Shown here: piece after piece, positions 7,707-18,066 of the stretch
Numbering within the stretch: position 1 is the stretch's first letter
Layout of the letters: each line of letters begins with the position of its first letter
From: Coleofasciculus chthonoplastes F2-STO-03
Lineage (GTDB): Bacteria > Cyanobacteriota > Cyanobacteriia > Cyanobacteriales > Coleofasciculaceae
Reading direction: 5' to 3'
Assembly: GCA_040222015.1 (NCBI GenBank)
Contig: JAVJWO010000095.1
Span: 1 to 59,718, forward strand
Length of the DNA stretch: 59,718 bases
Notes under the pieces: generated by a model
Database searches by the model: none
What the model saw: only the letters and a program-made list of their open reading frames with translations
Told to the model about the DNA's origin: nothing
Translations under genes and position numbers: made by a program

Positions 7707-9740
7707 CTATTTCCCCGCAATAGGGGCGAACATCCCGTTAATGATATCGCGATATCGTTGAGTAACAACGGGTCGCCGGATTTTCAGTGTTTGAGTCATC
7801 ATGCCATTTTCTATGGAAAAGGGTTCTAAAATCAGCGCAAATTGACCAATTCGATCATCAGGGCGATAGCCCGGTCGATTTTTGACTTCCCGGTTCAATT
7901 CTTGCCGGAATAGGTTCTGCACCTCTTTACTGTTCAGGTCAATACCCGTCCGGAACGACTCGCTGTCCTTGTGCGTATCGGAGTTGGGCAAGTTTAGGGT
8001 AACATTTTCAGCGGCTGCCCACTGTTGCAGGGCGTCCAGATTCGGCACAATTAACGCACCGAGCGATCGCTGATCTTGACCCACTAGCATAATTTGTTCA
8101 ATATAGGGACTTCGCAGACAGGCATCTTCAATCGGTTGCGGCTCGATATTTTCGCCGTTGGTCAATACGATGGTATCTTTTGCCCGTCCTGTCAAGACTA
8201 AATCATGGTTGGGCGTCACCCATCCTAAATCTCCGGTATCAAACCATCCCTCGGAGTCAATGGCTTTTGCTGTCGCCTCTGGATTTTTATAGTAGCCTTG
8301 CATCACTTGGAGTCCTTTGACTAAAACTAACCCCTGTTCGCCTGTGGGTAAGGGTTTCCGAGTTTCTGGATCAACGATGCGAATCTGGGTTCCGGGCATG
8401 GGGAGTCCGGATGAACGGCGCAGATTCCGTTCCATCCGGCGAACGTTCGTCACGGGGGAGGTTTCAGTAAGTCCATACCCCACCAGAATCTCAATCCCGG
8501 CAATTTCAAAGAAGTTTTCCAAATGCATTGCCAGGGAACCCCCACCACTGATAATGGTTTTAATTTGACCCCCGGTTGCCGCCCGCACGGTTTGATAAAT
8601 GAGTTTGTCGGCTAATTTGTGGGCGGGTAACAGGAGTGAGGCTTGGATGCTGGCGCTGAGGCGTTCCAGGGGGCTTGGGTTAAGCTTGTTGAGGTCTAAT
8701 CCTTGAGCGATTCGCCGTGCTTTAATATAGCGCTGACTGATATCCAGTAACGTGAACACTAATTTTTGCTTATTCGGTGGTTGCTCCCGAAACTGCTTTT
8801 GCACCCCATCATAAATCGATTCCCACAGCCGAGGAACGCCGATCATGTAGATGGGTTTAAAGGCTTTGAGATCGGCTTTGACATGGCGAATGGTGGTGTA
8901 AATTTGGGTACACCCTTGAGACAAGAGGAAGTATTCAACGGTGCGTTCATAAACGTGCCACGTCGGTAAAATACTTAAGACGCGATCGCCCGGTTTGGGT
9001 TGGAGGACGATACCAAAGGTGGTGACTTGATGCAGCAGGTTACCATGGGTTAACATCACCCCCTTGGGTTTCCCGGTGGTGCCGGAGGTGTACATTAAGG
9101 TGGCGAGGGTTTGACGGGTCGCCTGAACGGGTTGTAGCGTGGCTTTTGACCCCAGACTCATCACCTCAGAGAAATTAAGCACCTTGAGGTTTTCTTCAGC
9201 AGGTGAGTCTTCATCGGAGAGTAGGATCACAAATTGAATCGGCAAATCGTCAAGATGAGCTCTGAGTTTAGTTAGTGTCTTGGTATCTTCGACAACTAAA
9301 GCAATGCTGCCACTGTGTTCTAATATATACCGCAATTCTTCGGGAGCAGCTTGGGCGCTACGAACCACATTTGCCGCCCCAGCCGTCATGATCCCCTGAT
9401 CGGCAATTAGCCAACGGGGGCTGTTATCGGCAATCAAGGCGATACGGGGAGGAAGTTCCGAGGACTCTTGTTCCTGCTTGATCACCGGATTATCAAACAG
9501 GGTTTGTAATCCCGCCGCCAATTGTTGAATCTGGCGCACCAACTGAGTGTAGGTTAGGATCACCTCCGGTTGGGTGTGAGGATCTCTCAGGGCAATAATC
9601 TGTCCAAATCGCTGCGCCGCGATCGACCAAATTTCTGGCAGAGACTCGATAGAGGAGTAGTCAACCAGGTGCTTGAGCAGGTTACGCTCCTGGGAATTCA
9701 TCGACAATGACATAGAATTACCTGACTCTGTGTTTAACAT
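7707..9740 (-). CDS. aas: Long-chain acyl-ACP/acyl-CoA synthetase
   Basis: YTSGTTGKPKG, YGLTE, DTGDLG and GRAKD AMP-binding motifs. Confidence 0.88.
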   Translation of the reverse strand: MLNTESGNSMSLSMNSQERNLLKHLVDYSSIESLPEIWSIAAQRFGQIIALRDPHTQPEVILTYTQLVRQIQQLAAGLQTLFDNPVIKQEQESSELPPRIALIADNSPRWLIADQGIMTAGAANVVRSAQAAPEELRYILEHSGSIALVVEDTKTLTKLRAHLDDLPIQFVILLSDEDSPAEENLKVLNFSEVMSLGSKATLQPVQATRQTLATLMYTSGTTGKPKGVMLTHGNLLHQVTTFGIVLQPKPGDRVLSILPTWHVYERTVEYFLLSQGCTQIYTTIRHVKADLKAFKPIYMIGVPRLWESIYDGVQKQFREQPPNKQKLVFTLLDISQRYIKARRIAQGLDLNKLNPSPLERLSASIQASLLLPAHKLADKLIYQTVRAATGGQIKTIISGGGSLAMHLENFFEIAGIEILVGYGLTETSPVTNVRRMERNLRRSSGLPMPGTQIRIVDPETRKPLPTGEQGLVLVKGLQVMQGYYKNPEATAKAIDSEGWFDTGDLGWVTPNHDLVLTGRAKDTIVLTNGENIEPQPIEDACLRSPYIEQIMLVGQDQRSLGALIVPNLDALQQWAAAENVTLNLPNSDTHKDSESFRTGIDLNSKEVQNLFRQELNREVKNRPGYRPDDRIGQFALILEPFSIENGMMTQTLKIRRPVVTQRYRDIINGMFAPIAGK

Positions 9741-9987
9741 CTATTACAATCGGTTGTTTTTTTTACCATACTCTTTTGAAGTGAGGCAGAATAGGGGTTT
9801 CAGGTGGACAGAATCTCTTCTGTCTGTCGTTATCATGTCTTCCTATCCCCCATCTTTCCGCCTCCTGAAAAATTGTCATAAACGATGTAGGCAAGGCTGA
9901 GGTTTCCGTAGGGGAGGAATTTCCTGCTTAAAAATCGGGGGAGATCACAGGAAGATTCAGGCTTATCTATTGTTCAAAGGGGGAAAA

Positions 9988-11079
9988 ATGAAACTTTTGG
10001 TTATTGAGGATAATCAAAGTTTAGCCAAAACCATTGTGGTAGGGTTAACTCAACAAAATTATGTTGTTGATCTGGCGGATGACGGTGAGACGGGGTTGGA
10101 CAATGCTTTAGCCTATAACTACGATCTAATTCTGCTTGATATTAATTTGCCCCATCTGGATAGTATTAGTCTGTGTCGCCGATTGAGACAAGCCGGAAAT
10201 ACCAGTCCGATTGTTTTATTAAGTGCATCAGCCGCGACGCAAGATATGGTGGCGGGGTTAGACGCGGGCGCTGATGATTATATTATTAAACCCTGTCCTG
10301 TTGAGGGGCTAGCGGCTCGAATCCGGGCTTTACTCAGACGTAACCGGGATGCTAGTACACCAACGTTGCAATGGGGAAACTTGGAAATTGATCCCAGTAC
10401 TTGTGAAGTAACCTGTCAGGCACAACCTTTGCGTCTATCTCCCAAAGAATATGGTCTTTTGTATTTGTTGATGTCATCTCCTACCCGGATATTTAGTCAA
10501 GATTACATTATCGAAAAACTTTGGACCTTTGGAGAGCCACCCAACCGGGAAACGGTTAAGGCACATGTTAAAGGATTACGACGCAAGCTCAACAAAGCGG
10601 GTGCAGGTGACATTATTGAAACCGTGTATGGGTTCGGCTATCGTTTGAAGGATCTGTGTGAACTGCAAACGGCGTCGTCTAAGCTTAACCCCATTCTGGA
10701 ACGGTTTGTGGCAATGCGTCAGATGGAGTATTTGATCCTTAATCCAGATTTAACGATTCGAGAGATTTCTGATCAGGCTCACAAGTTTTGTGATTTTCCC
10801 GAAAAATTAACTATTGGCAAGTCAGTCAGTGTTAGTTTTCCAGAGTTGATTGGTTTAGACGATATATTATTGGATATTTTGGCAGGAAAAACAGAAGATT
10901 TTAGGCTCGAAGGTGTGGCGCGTTCCCATAATCCGCAGCGACCGGAGTATATTGATATCTATAGCATGAATGTTGATAATCAGTTATTTCTCCTATTTGA
11001 AGATGTTTCCCCGGAAATGAGCTGGAGACAAACGGTTACTCAACAAGAAAATGAAACCTATCTTTTATTAGGGTTTTAA
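9988..11079 (+). CDS. OmpR-family response regulator with an extra C-terminal PAS-like domain
   Basis: REC (LLDINLP, GADDY) and winged helix (ETVYGFGY), followed by about 135 extra residues. Confidence 0.85.
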   Translation: MKLLVIEDNQSLAKTIVVGLTQQNYVVDLADDGETGLDNALAYNYDLILLDINLPHLDSISLCRRLRQAGNTSPIVLLSASAATQDMVAGLDAGADDYIIKPCPVEGLAARIRALLRRNRDASTPTLQWGNLEIDPSTCEVTCQAQPLRLSPKEYGLLYLLMSSPTRIFSQDYIIEKLWTFGEPPNRETVKAHVKGLRRKLNKAGAGDIIETVYGFGYRLKDLCELQTASSKLNPILERFVAMRQMEYLILNPDLTIREISDQAHKFCDFPEKLTIGKSVSVSFPELIGLDDILLDILAGKTEDFRLEGVARSHNPQRPEYIDIYSMNVDNQLFLLFEDVSPEMSWRQTVTQQENETYLLLGF

Positions 11080-11080
11080 G

Positions 11081-11198
11081 TAGGGTCTGCTGAATAAGTT
11101 TGGGGGTGAGGGGAGGGAACTGCTTAACAGTAGAAAATGTCCTAACCTGCCTTAGTAAGGCTATAGTATAGCTATCCTGATTAATTCAGCAAGCCCTA
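11081..11198. mobile_element. MITE with TAGGG-x2-GCTGAAT terminal inverted repeats
   Basis: TAGGGTCTGCTGAATAA ... TTAATTCAGCAAGCCCTA. Confidence 0.7.
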
Positions 11199-11209
11199 AT
11201 TATCTAATA

Positions 11210-11245
11210 AAAAATTGGTCTTGTTTTCTTCCACAAGACCAATTT
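11210..11245. terminator. Bidirectional intrinsic terminator between convergent genes
   Basis: AAATTGGTCTTGT-loop-ACAAGACCAATTT. Confidence 0.7.
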
Positions 11246-11299
11246 AAACCAGAAAAAATCCGTTTAAGATTAACGGAATATTTATTAATTTCTGATTGA

Positions 11300-11788
11300 T
11301 TAAGAGGGAATATCCTCGATAGCTAAATCAAAGGTAATCTCATGAACACCAGGAATGTCTTTAATTTTCTTAACGATCTTACGAGCCGTTGCTTGATCTG
11401 TAACTGTTCCGGTGAGCCGAACCGCACCACTCGCAACGCCAGCAACTAGATTCTCGGAGATATCGGACTCAATCTTATCCTGAATCTGAGCATCACTCAG
11501 TTCCTTTCCACCTCGGCTCGATTCAACATATTCAATACCTTGATACTGATTCCCTACTGCAGAGGTTGTCACTTTTTCATTGTTGGGTTGTTGACTGCCT
11601 TGAGAGGAATCAACAGCGGCTTGAGGGGGAGCAGCGAAGGCAGGAAAAGCACTATTAAATGTAAAGATGGCAACACCCAGTAGCATCATAGCTGAGCGAA
11701 ACAGGCGATTCGGCTTAACCAGAACAAGGCTGGCGATCGCCAAGGTAGCGATGATCATTAATACGTTGATCATATTCATAACTATCAT
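11300..11788 (-). CDS. Exported/membrane BON domain protein
   Basis: Hydrophobic N-terminus with AFA cleavage site; SDAQIQDKI...GAVRLTGTV...KDIPGVHEI. Confidence 0.8.
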   Translation of the reverse strand: MIVMNMINVLMIIATLAIASLVLVKPNRLFRSAMMLLGVAIFTFNSAFPAFAAPPQAAVDSSQGSQQPNNEKVTTSAVGNQYQGIEYVESSRGGKELSDAQIQDKIESDISENLVAGVASGAVRLTGTVTDQATARKIVKKIKDIPGVHEITFDLAIEDIPS

Positions 11789-11932
11789 TTCTCCGTACTC
11801 TACACTTAACGTTACTAACTCCCCAAAAAATAGGCTTCATTCTACAGTTAGAAATGACTTTTCTATCCTACGATAGATACAAAATGAAGGAAGCCATGAA
11901 AGGAGACGCGCCATGGCACGTCTGTAACATCT

Positions 11933-14900
11933 TCAAGCGACACCTAAAGCGCCTGCACCTGCGGAAGCCAACGCCGATATCAGCGCCGTACCAAACAGCC
12001 ACCAAGCAGCCGCTGCAGCAGCTTTGCGAGTTTCTTCGGCTTGGCGTTGCGCTTGATACTTGACCTGTTCTAGATGCATTTGAGCTTGTTGTTGAATCCG
12101 TTCTGCCCGTTGTAGCACACGAGTGCGAACCTGCTCAATCTGACCAATCATCCGATTAGCATCGGCTTCGGAGATATCATCACGGGAACTGATAATAGCG
12201 ACTAGGGTATCCCGATCAAACTGAGACAAGCGATCGCGCAGTGCATCAAATCCAGCTTCGGGGTCATCAAACAATGTTCGCACATCTTGCTTGATGCCAT
12301 CATAATTCAGTTCCGGACGATCTAAGCTATTCAGATAATCGCGAATACGCTCAAAAATACCATCAATAACTGACTGGATGCGATCTTGCACAGTCCGGAT
12401 TTGGGCGATCACTTGGTTACGCACATTCAGAATTTGATCGACAATTCCATTTACATCGTCTTCTGAGATATCCTCCCGTTGGGATAACAGCGCCACCAGC
12501 GTCGAGCGATCAAAGTGAGACAGGCGTTCTTGTAGACTCGACATCCCAGCACCGGGTTCATTCAGCAACATTTGCATATCCCGCTTAATTCCTGCGGGAT
12601 TCAGTTCCTCTTTACCCGTCGAACGTAGGTAATCCTCAAAGGCGGCTTGGAAATCTTGGGCAGTTTCCTGAGTGCGTAGCGCCCAGCGTCGGGGGGCTTT
12701 AGCGATACGGCGCAGGGTGGAAAGAACTTGATCAATGATCTGGTTAACGTCTTGTTCACTCAGATCATCCCGTTGGGCGAGTAACTGTACCAGGGTATCG
12801 CGATCCATTGAGGCTAACCGCTTTCTGATTAAGCGGGTTCCAAGCTGTGGATCATCCAGCAGTTTGGTCAAATCACGCTGAATCCCGTCTGGATTGAGTT
12901 CTGGCTTTCCGGTGTTCCGCAGATATTGAGCGATCGCGGACATGGTTTTGTCGTATTGCTCTTTTGTTGTATCCGCCATTTTTTGGGGAATACTGCGAAC
13001 ACGACTCCAGGTTCCCTCAACCTGATCTATAGTTTGGTTAATTTGGCTTTCACTCAAATCTTGACGCTGATTTAACAGTTGTACCAACGTATCCCGGTCA
13101 AAGCGTTCAGCGCGTTTACGCAGCAGCAGCCATCCCGCTTGGGGTTCATCTAAGAGTAATTTAAGTTCCTGTTCAATGGCTTGAGGATTCAGTTGAGATT
13201 TACCCGTGTTACTCAATACAGACTGAACCTTCATCCACTGGGCTTCAATCTTTGCCTTCAGCGCCTCTTGGGTTTCTCTGGCTGTATCTAAAACGCGATC
13301 GCGGGCTTTTTCCAGTTCCACGATTACGGCTTCCTGTTCAATCGGCGTTAAGTCTTGACGTTTCTCGACCAACCGCTCAAATAGAGGACGATCAAACTGA
13401 GCCAGACGATTGCTCAGGTGTTCGTAATCTGCATCTGGATCATGGAGAATCTCCCTAATATTCAGTTGAATCTTCTCAGGCGTGAGTGCTTCCTTGGGCG
13501 TGGATAGGAAATATTGCTCCATCGCGGCTAATAGTGCGATCGCCTCAGCGCGTTCTCTAGCTGCGATCGCTACCGATAAGGCTTCTAAGCGAATGATATC
13601 CAACCAAGTCGAAATTTCTCTGATCCGTTCTTCAGTAAAAACACCCCGTTTTGCCAACAAATCAGCAAAATCTGACCGATTTAGCCGCTCTAATTCCTGC
13701 ACCACGGTGGCGGGGTCAGCTTCTGGATCATAGAGTACATCTCGGAATTCCCGCTCCAGTGTAGGTCGATGCATCTGCCAAGAATATTTATTGAGCAGAT
13801 AATTTTCCACATCAGCTCGCACCGTACTGTAGGATTCATCCTGAGTCCCACCACGGATCTGAGCGGAAACTTGACCAACCTGTTCGCTGACTTGGCTTCT
13901 TGCGTTTTTAAGCTGACCGACAATTTTCTCCATATTAATGTCTGATATATCCACACGTCCCATCACCATGCCCATCAGACTATGCATACCTGTGGATGCA
14001 GCTTGAGCCAGAGGTCCTGGATGTTGGGCTTTGCGGCGCTTGCGGAGTTCTGCCACTAAATCATCGAGCTTCTGGGTAAACTCATCACTAACGAGCTGAT
14101 CTGGTGTAGCAGATTGAAGGTACTCCCTAAATTCTGCCATAGCATCTCTAGAAGAAGGCAACCGATTCACCGTTTTCTTCCAGACAGTTTCGAGTTGGTC
14201 AACAATTCGATTCACATCCCGTGGCGGTAAATCGCTGCGGCTACTTACTAAATCAATAAATGTCTGCCGATTAATATCACGCAGACTGTTACTATCCGCA
14301 ATTTCTTGTAAATTTGGGTCATTGATTAAGTCTTCTAATTCCGCCCGAATCTTTTGCAGATTCAGTTCTGGAGGTCGTATCGCCTGAATATAATCTTCTA
14401 AGTTCTCGCGAATCGTCTGCGGGTCAATTGCAGAACCCAGTTCTCGACGTACCGCCGCCGCTGTTGCTTCTGCGGTTTGCACCACCTCTTTTTGGACGGC
14501 GCTACCGCCAATTGCGGCTGTGGCGGTGCCTAAAATGGCTTGAAAACCAGAGGTAGCGGTACTAATTACTGATCCGATCAAAGAACCAACAGTTGTCGAA
14601 CTCACCCAAACCAGTAACGAAAAATACGTTGCCCAAATCACCAACCCGACGATCGCACCCAAGCCTGGATCATTTAGTAGGCTTAATTCTACGGCAAATA
14701 GACAAGCAAAAAATAGCGCCACGGTAACGCTAATTAACGTTGCTAATCCCAATGCTGTACCAACCTTGCGAATTGTCCCCTGCACCGTCTCTGATGACTT
14801 TTTATCAGACGATGATGAGTCTCCGCCTCCAGCAAAGGAAATTCCCAACGCGACACCCAGATTCGTTAAGAGCATCTGGAACGCAAACGCTAAAACCACA

Positions 14901-15040
14901 CCGGCAACCAATGTGGTAAAAAATTGAGGTCCGTCAAAGATCAGCGCGGCATCTTCGACGGTATCGAGTTCTGGCTCTATTGGTACCTGTGCTATCCAAG
15001 TTACCCAACTCGTGAGTCCTAGTCCCACACTCTCCACCAT
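11933..15040 (-). CDS. Large membrane-anchored helical repeat protein (conserved cyanobacterial hypothetical)
   Basis: N-terminal and C-terminal TM segments; repeats of about 100 aa (YLRxTGKxELNPxGIxRD...FDRDTLVxLLxQRxD). Confidence 0.85.
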   Translation of the reverse strand: MVESVGLGLTSWVTWIAQVPIEPELDTVEDAALIFDGPQFFTTLVAGVVLAFAFQMLLTNLGVALGISFAGGGDSSSSDKKSSETVQGTIRKVGTALGLATLISVTVALFFACLFAVELSLLNDPGLGAIVGLVIWATYFSLLVWVSSTTVGSLIGSVISTATSGFQAILGTATAAIGGSAVQKEVVQTAEATAAAVRRELGSAIDPQTIRENLEDYIQAIRPPELNLQKIRAELEDLINDPNLQEIADSNSLRDINRQTFIDLVSSRSDLPPRDVNRIVDQLETVWKKTVNRLPSSRDAMAEFREYLQSATPDQLVSDEFTQKLDDLVAELRKRRKAQHPGPLAQAASTGMHSLMGMVMGRVDISDINMEKIVGQLKNARSQVSEQVGQVSAQIRGGTQDESYSTVRADVENYLLNKYSWQMHRPTLEREFRDVLYDPEADPATVVQELERLNRSDFADLLAKRGVFTEERIREISTWLDIIRLEALSVAIAARERAEAIALLAAMEQYFLSTPKEALTPEKIQLNIREILHDPDADYEHLSNRLAQFDRPLFERLVEKRQDLTPIEQEAVIVELEKARDRVLDTARETQEALKAKIEAQWMKVQSVLSNTGKSQLNPQAIEQELKLLLDEPQAGWLLLRKRAERFDRDTLVQLLNQRQDLSESQINQTIDQVEGTWSRVRSIPQKMADTTKEQYDKTMSAIAQYLRNTGKPELNPDGIQRDLTKLLDDPQLGTRLIRKRLASMDRDTLVQLLAQRDDLSEQDVNQIIDQVLSTLRRIAKAPRRWALRTQETAQDFQAAFEDYLRSTGKEELNPAGIKRDMQMLLNEPGAGMSSLQERLSHFDRSTLVALLSQREDISEDDVNGIVDQILNVRNQVIAQIRTVQDRIQSVIDGIFERIRDYLNSLDRPELNYDGIKQDVRTLFDDPEAGFDALRDRLSQFDRDTLVAIISSRDDISEADANRMIGQIEQVRTRVLQRAERIQQQAQMHLEQVKYQAQRQAEETRKAAAAAAWWLFGTALISALASAGAGALGVA

Positions 15041-15332
15041 AATGTTCTTCCTCGTTGTTTCGGTTATATATAACGATGACCGGAATAGGATTGCCTACTT
15101 CAAGGCAGATTTTCCTGTCCTTCTGTCAGAATCGTTGTCTCAAGGCTTAAAATCATCTCCCCAAGGGGTGAAATCCATGGGCAAATTGCCAATTTATGCC
15201 CACCGATAGAGGGATTGGCGAATTGATCGGGAAAAAGATTTTTCCCACACCCGACACCCGACACCCCATCACCCCGACACCCACAGGATGAGGTAGCATA
15301 TTAGCGAAGCGCACGGGTATTAGGAGTCAGAA

Positions 15333-15917
15333 GTGGGTTTATTTGAGGATCTCAATCGCTTTCTGGAAAATCGCCTGGATGAATTTCTCCGCAACAATCC
15401 TCATCTAGAGTTACAAGCACTTGAAGAGCAGTTACGGGAGCAAGAAGAAGACACATTGAAGCTGATTGCTGACTTGCAACTTCAGCAAAAGCGCCTACAG
15501 GATGAAATATTAGGAGTTGCCCAAGAAATTCAGCGTTGGCACGAACGGATGAATAAGGCTCAATCGAAAGGCAGACCTGATTTAGCCCAAGCCGCTCAAC
15601 AACGAGAAGCTACGCTTTTGCATCAAGGAAATCAACTCTGGGGCAAGATGGAAGGGGTTAAACAACGAATTGCTCAGACTAAAGAACTACAGCGTCAGAT
15701 TCAAACCCGTCGCAATGAAGTTCATACCAAAGCAAGAGTTGTCGAAGCTGCCCGCACTCAAGCTCAATCTCAATCTCAATCTCAGTGGCAGACATCGGCT
15801 TGGAACCAGAGTTCAAATTACAACATTGGAGCAGGTGTAGACCCCTTAGAGACTCAATTTCAGCGCTGGGAGACTGATGAGGAGTTGGAGCAACTGAAAC
15901 GGAATATGGGTCACTGA
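15333..15917 (+). CDS. TIGR04376 family PspA/IM30-like coiled-coil protein
   Basis: MGLFEDLNRFLENRLDEFLRNNPHLELQALEEQL...FQRWETDEELEQLK. Confidence 0.82.
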   Translation: MGLFEDLNRFLENRLDEFLRNNPHLELQALEEQLREQEEDTLKLIADLQLQQKRLQDEILGVAQEIQRWHERMNKAQSKGRPDLAQAAQQREATLLHQGNQLWGKMEGVKQRIAQTKELQRQIQTRRNEVHTKARVVEAARTQAQSQSQSQWQTSAWNQSSNYNIGAGVDPLETQFQRWETDEELEQLKRNMGH

Positions 15918-15943
15918 GGGTGTACAGAGAAACTAACAGGGAT

Positions 15944-16336
15944 GGGCGACTCGCCGTACCCAATCAACACCACCCAACCCTTAATTTGATCGGTTTTCCC
16001 TCCCACTAGGTATCGGTAACTATAGATAAACATGGTAGGGGCGACCCGCCGCATTCAATGAACAGAACCCAACCCTTGATTATATCGGGTCGCCCTGCAT
16101 TAGGTATCGGTAATTATCTAATACCAAATCCGCCATACATAACCCTTTTATGTCCAGATTGTTCAAGACTTGCCATGGCAAGTCTCTACAGGGTTTTGGC
16201 GATTTGCTCTCTTTAGGAATAGTTAACCCGGATTTGGCATAACACCACATTGGGACAGGGGCGAGTCGATATAGGTTAATTCTTACACCGCCTACTATGT
16301 GCAGCGACTCGCCCCTACAACCGCGACGCCCCTACA
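15944..16336. repeat. Composite repeat tract: two degenerate direct repeats of about 80 bp, a MITE (16119-16242) containing a REP, and a further REP
   Basis: GGGCGACxCGCC...CCCAACCCTT...TAGGTATCGGTAA occurs twice; ATACCAAATCCG...CGGATTTGGCAT inverted repeat. Confidence 0.7.
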
Positions 16337-16498
16337 ACCGCGATAATTCCGAAAATCCCGACAATCTTGATCATGGATTCCAGAGAAAATAGATAGGGTT
16401 TGCTGCACAAAGCCAAAACCTTTGTTGATTTAGCCGCTATTTTAATCACCTCCTTAAAAGGGGGTAACAAAGGCAAATTTGGTATTACCCCTCCCTAT

Positions 16499-16825
16499 TC
16501 ACCCATTCCCTGATGAACGGCGAGGAATCGTAAAGGAAATCGAACGAGGCGGCTGAGGTAGTGATATGGATGATGATGGATTAAGCACCGTCGAGTTAGA
16601 TGCTGGATTAGTACTCTCCACAGAGGTAGACTGAGTTTGACTGCTTGAGAATTGTCTGGGTTGTAGAGAAATAGACCAACCTGGAGATTTACCGTAGTTA
16701 GACGCGATCGCGAGTAACGCTCCTGCCAAAATGAATACTGGCATGGGTAAGATAAAATCGCTCATCCACTGGGACAATTCTATTAGGCTAAATACTACCA
16801 CAAAGGTGGTAATTATAACTCTCAT
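16499..16825 (-). CDS. Hypothetical membrane protein
   Basis: Two hydrophobic helices ending in LAIASN; C-terminal RSISFTI. Confidence 0.75.
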   Translation of the reverse strand: MRVIITTFVVVFSLIELSQWMSDFILPMPVFILAGALLAIASNYGKSPGWSISLQPRQFSSSQTQSTSVESTNPASNSTVLNPSSSISLPQPPRSISFTIPRRSSGNG

Positions 16826-16867
16826 CGATCTGACTTAAAACTAGCGCTGTCGCCATCATCATACACC

Positions 16868-17263
16868 ATGCAAATTTTTGCGATTCGCTTAAAACCCAAT
16901 GACGATTTAAGGACCAGCTTAAGGCAGTTCGTCAAACAGCACCAGATTGAATCCGGGTTTATGATTACGGCGGTGGGTAGCCTCAAACAAGCCACCCTGC
17001 GCTTTGCAGGTCAAAATTATGCTCAAGCCTTCAAGCGGCGTTTTGAAATTGTTTCCCTCGTTGGCACTCTGTCTATCCATGGTATCCATTTACACATTGC
17101 CCTGTCGGATAAAAAAGGAAAGACAATCGGAGGTCATCTTCTAGAGGGATGTATCATCTATACGACGGCTGAAATTATTATGGGCGTCAGCGATAATTTA
17201 ATCTTTTTGAGAACGATGGATGAAACGACGGGATATAAAGAGCTAGAAATCCAACCTAAATAG
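16868..17263 (+). CDS. PPC domain (DUF296) protein
   Basis: FEIVSLVGT, HLH and GGHL motifs. Confidence 0.9.
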   Translation: MQIFAIRLKPNDDLRTSLRQFVKQHQIESGFMITAVGSLKQATLRFAGQNYAQAFKRRFEIVSLVGTLSIHGIHLHIALSDKKGKTIGGHLLEGCIIYTTAEIIMGVSDNLIFLRTMDETTGYKELEIQPK

Positions 17264-17407
17264 AGTTTACTCTACAACAAGCGAAAATTTGTATTCCTCA
17301 AATCCAGCCAAATCACTCTATCACAGTCGTTTAGGGTTATAAACTCAAAACGGATGAGCTTAACGCTCACTCAGACAGTCGCGGAAAGCCGATTGGAAAA
17401 TAAAAAA

Positions 17408-17617
17408 CTATCCTTCACCCAGAATTAGCTGAAGCGTTCGGTGCGCTTCTTGTAGCGTTTGGAGTTCGGAATTAAACTTCCAGAGATAAGGCTTAACTCT
17501 ATTGCCCCCCACAATAGCAGGTTCCCAAGCCGTCAATTGCCATCCTTGCTCAGTTGCGGTGAGGCAATAATCAATTCGGGGAGGAATAATCGAGGGGTTG
17601 GCGTTAGTAATCATCAT
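17408..17617 (-). CDS. Small hypothetical protein
   Basis: 69-aa ORF with protein-like composition, preceded by a long hairpin leader. Confidence 0.5.
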   Translation of the reverse strand: MMITNANPSIIPPRIDYCLTATEQGWQLTAWEPAIVGGNRVKPYLWKFNSELQTLQEAHRTLQLILGEG

Positions 17618-17909
17618 TGCTTGCTCGTAATACCCTGTAAGTGGTCAAAAAAATTGTGATTGAGGGTAAGGAAGCGATCGCCTATAGCTTACTGGTGATG
17701 CCCTGAGTCCTATCAATCATCTTGCCACTCCTTTCTGGAGATGGTAAGCCTTACCCGCAATCTTTATCGAAATATCATAATTATATTGGAACAAAACACG
17801 AGGTTATGGGGGGTTGCCGAAGTCTCTGTGAAATTGAGCTTCATATAACCTTCACATAATTCGGTCGAGTAAATATACTTATTCTACGGATTGTCAGAAA
17901 ATAGGCAAG

Positions 17910-18066
17910 AGGGGTGATGGGGAGATGGAGAAGCAGGGGAAGCAGAGGGAGCAGGGGAAGCAGGGGAAGCTGGGGAAGCTGGGGAAGCTGGGGAAGCTGG
18001 GGAACAGAATTACCAATGAACAATCAGCAAATGACAAATGACAAATGACAAATGACAAATGACAAA
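17910..18066. repeat. Purine-rich 9-mer tandem (GGGGAAGCT/GGGGAAGCA) followed by a CAAATGA array
   Basis: Seen directly; related 9-mer tracts at 20455-20570, 24781-24851 and 53221-53275. Confidence 0.85.

Noticed and set aside
15944..16117. Two ~80-bp direct repeats as a mini-CRISPR
   Set aside because: Only two degenerate REP-derived units, with no repeat-spacer periodicity.
17841..18023. Pro/Leu-repeat ORF (likewise 20309-20605, 24702-24896 and 53178-53384)
   Set aside because: Open frames produced by 9-mer tandem repeats; no RBS or family signal.
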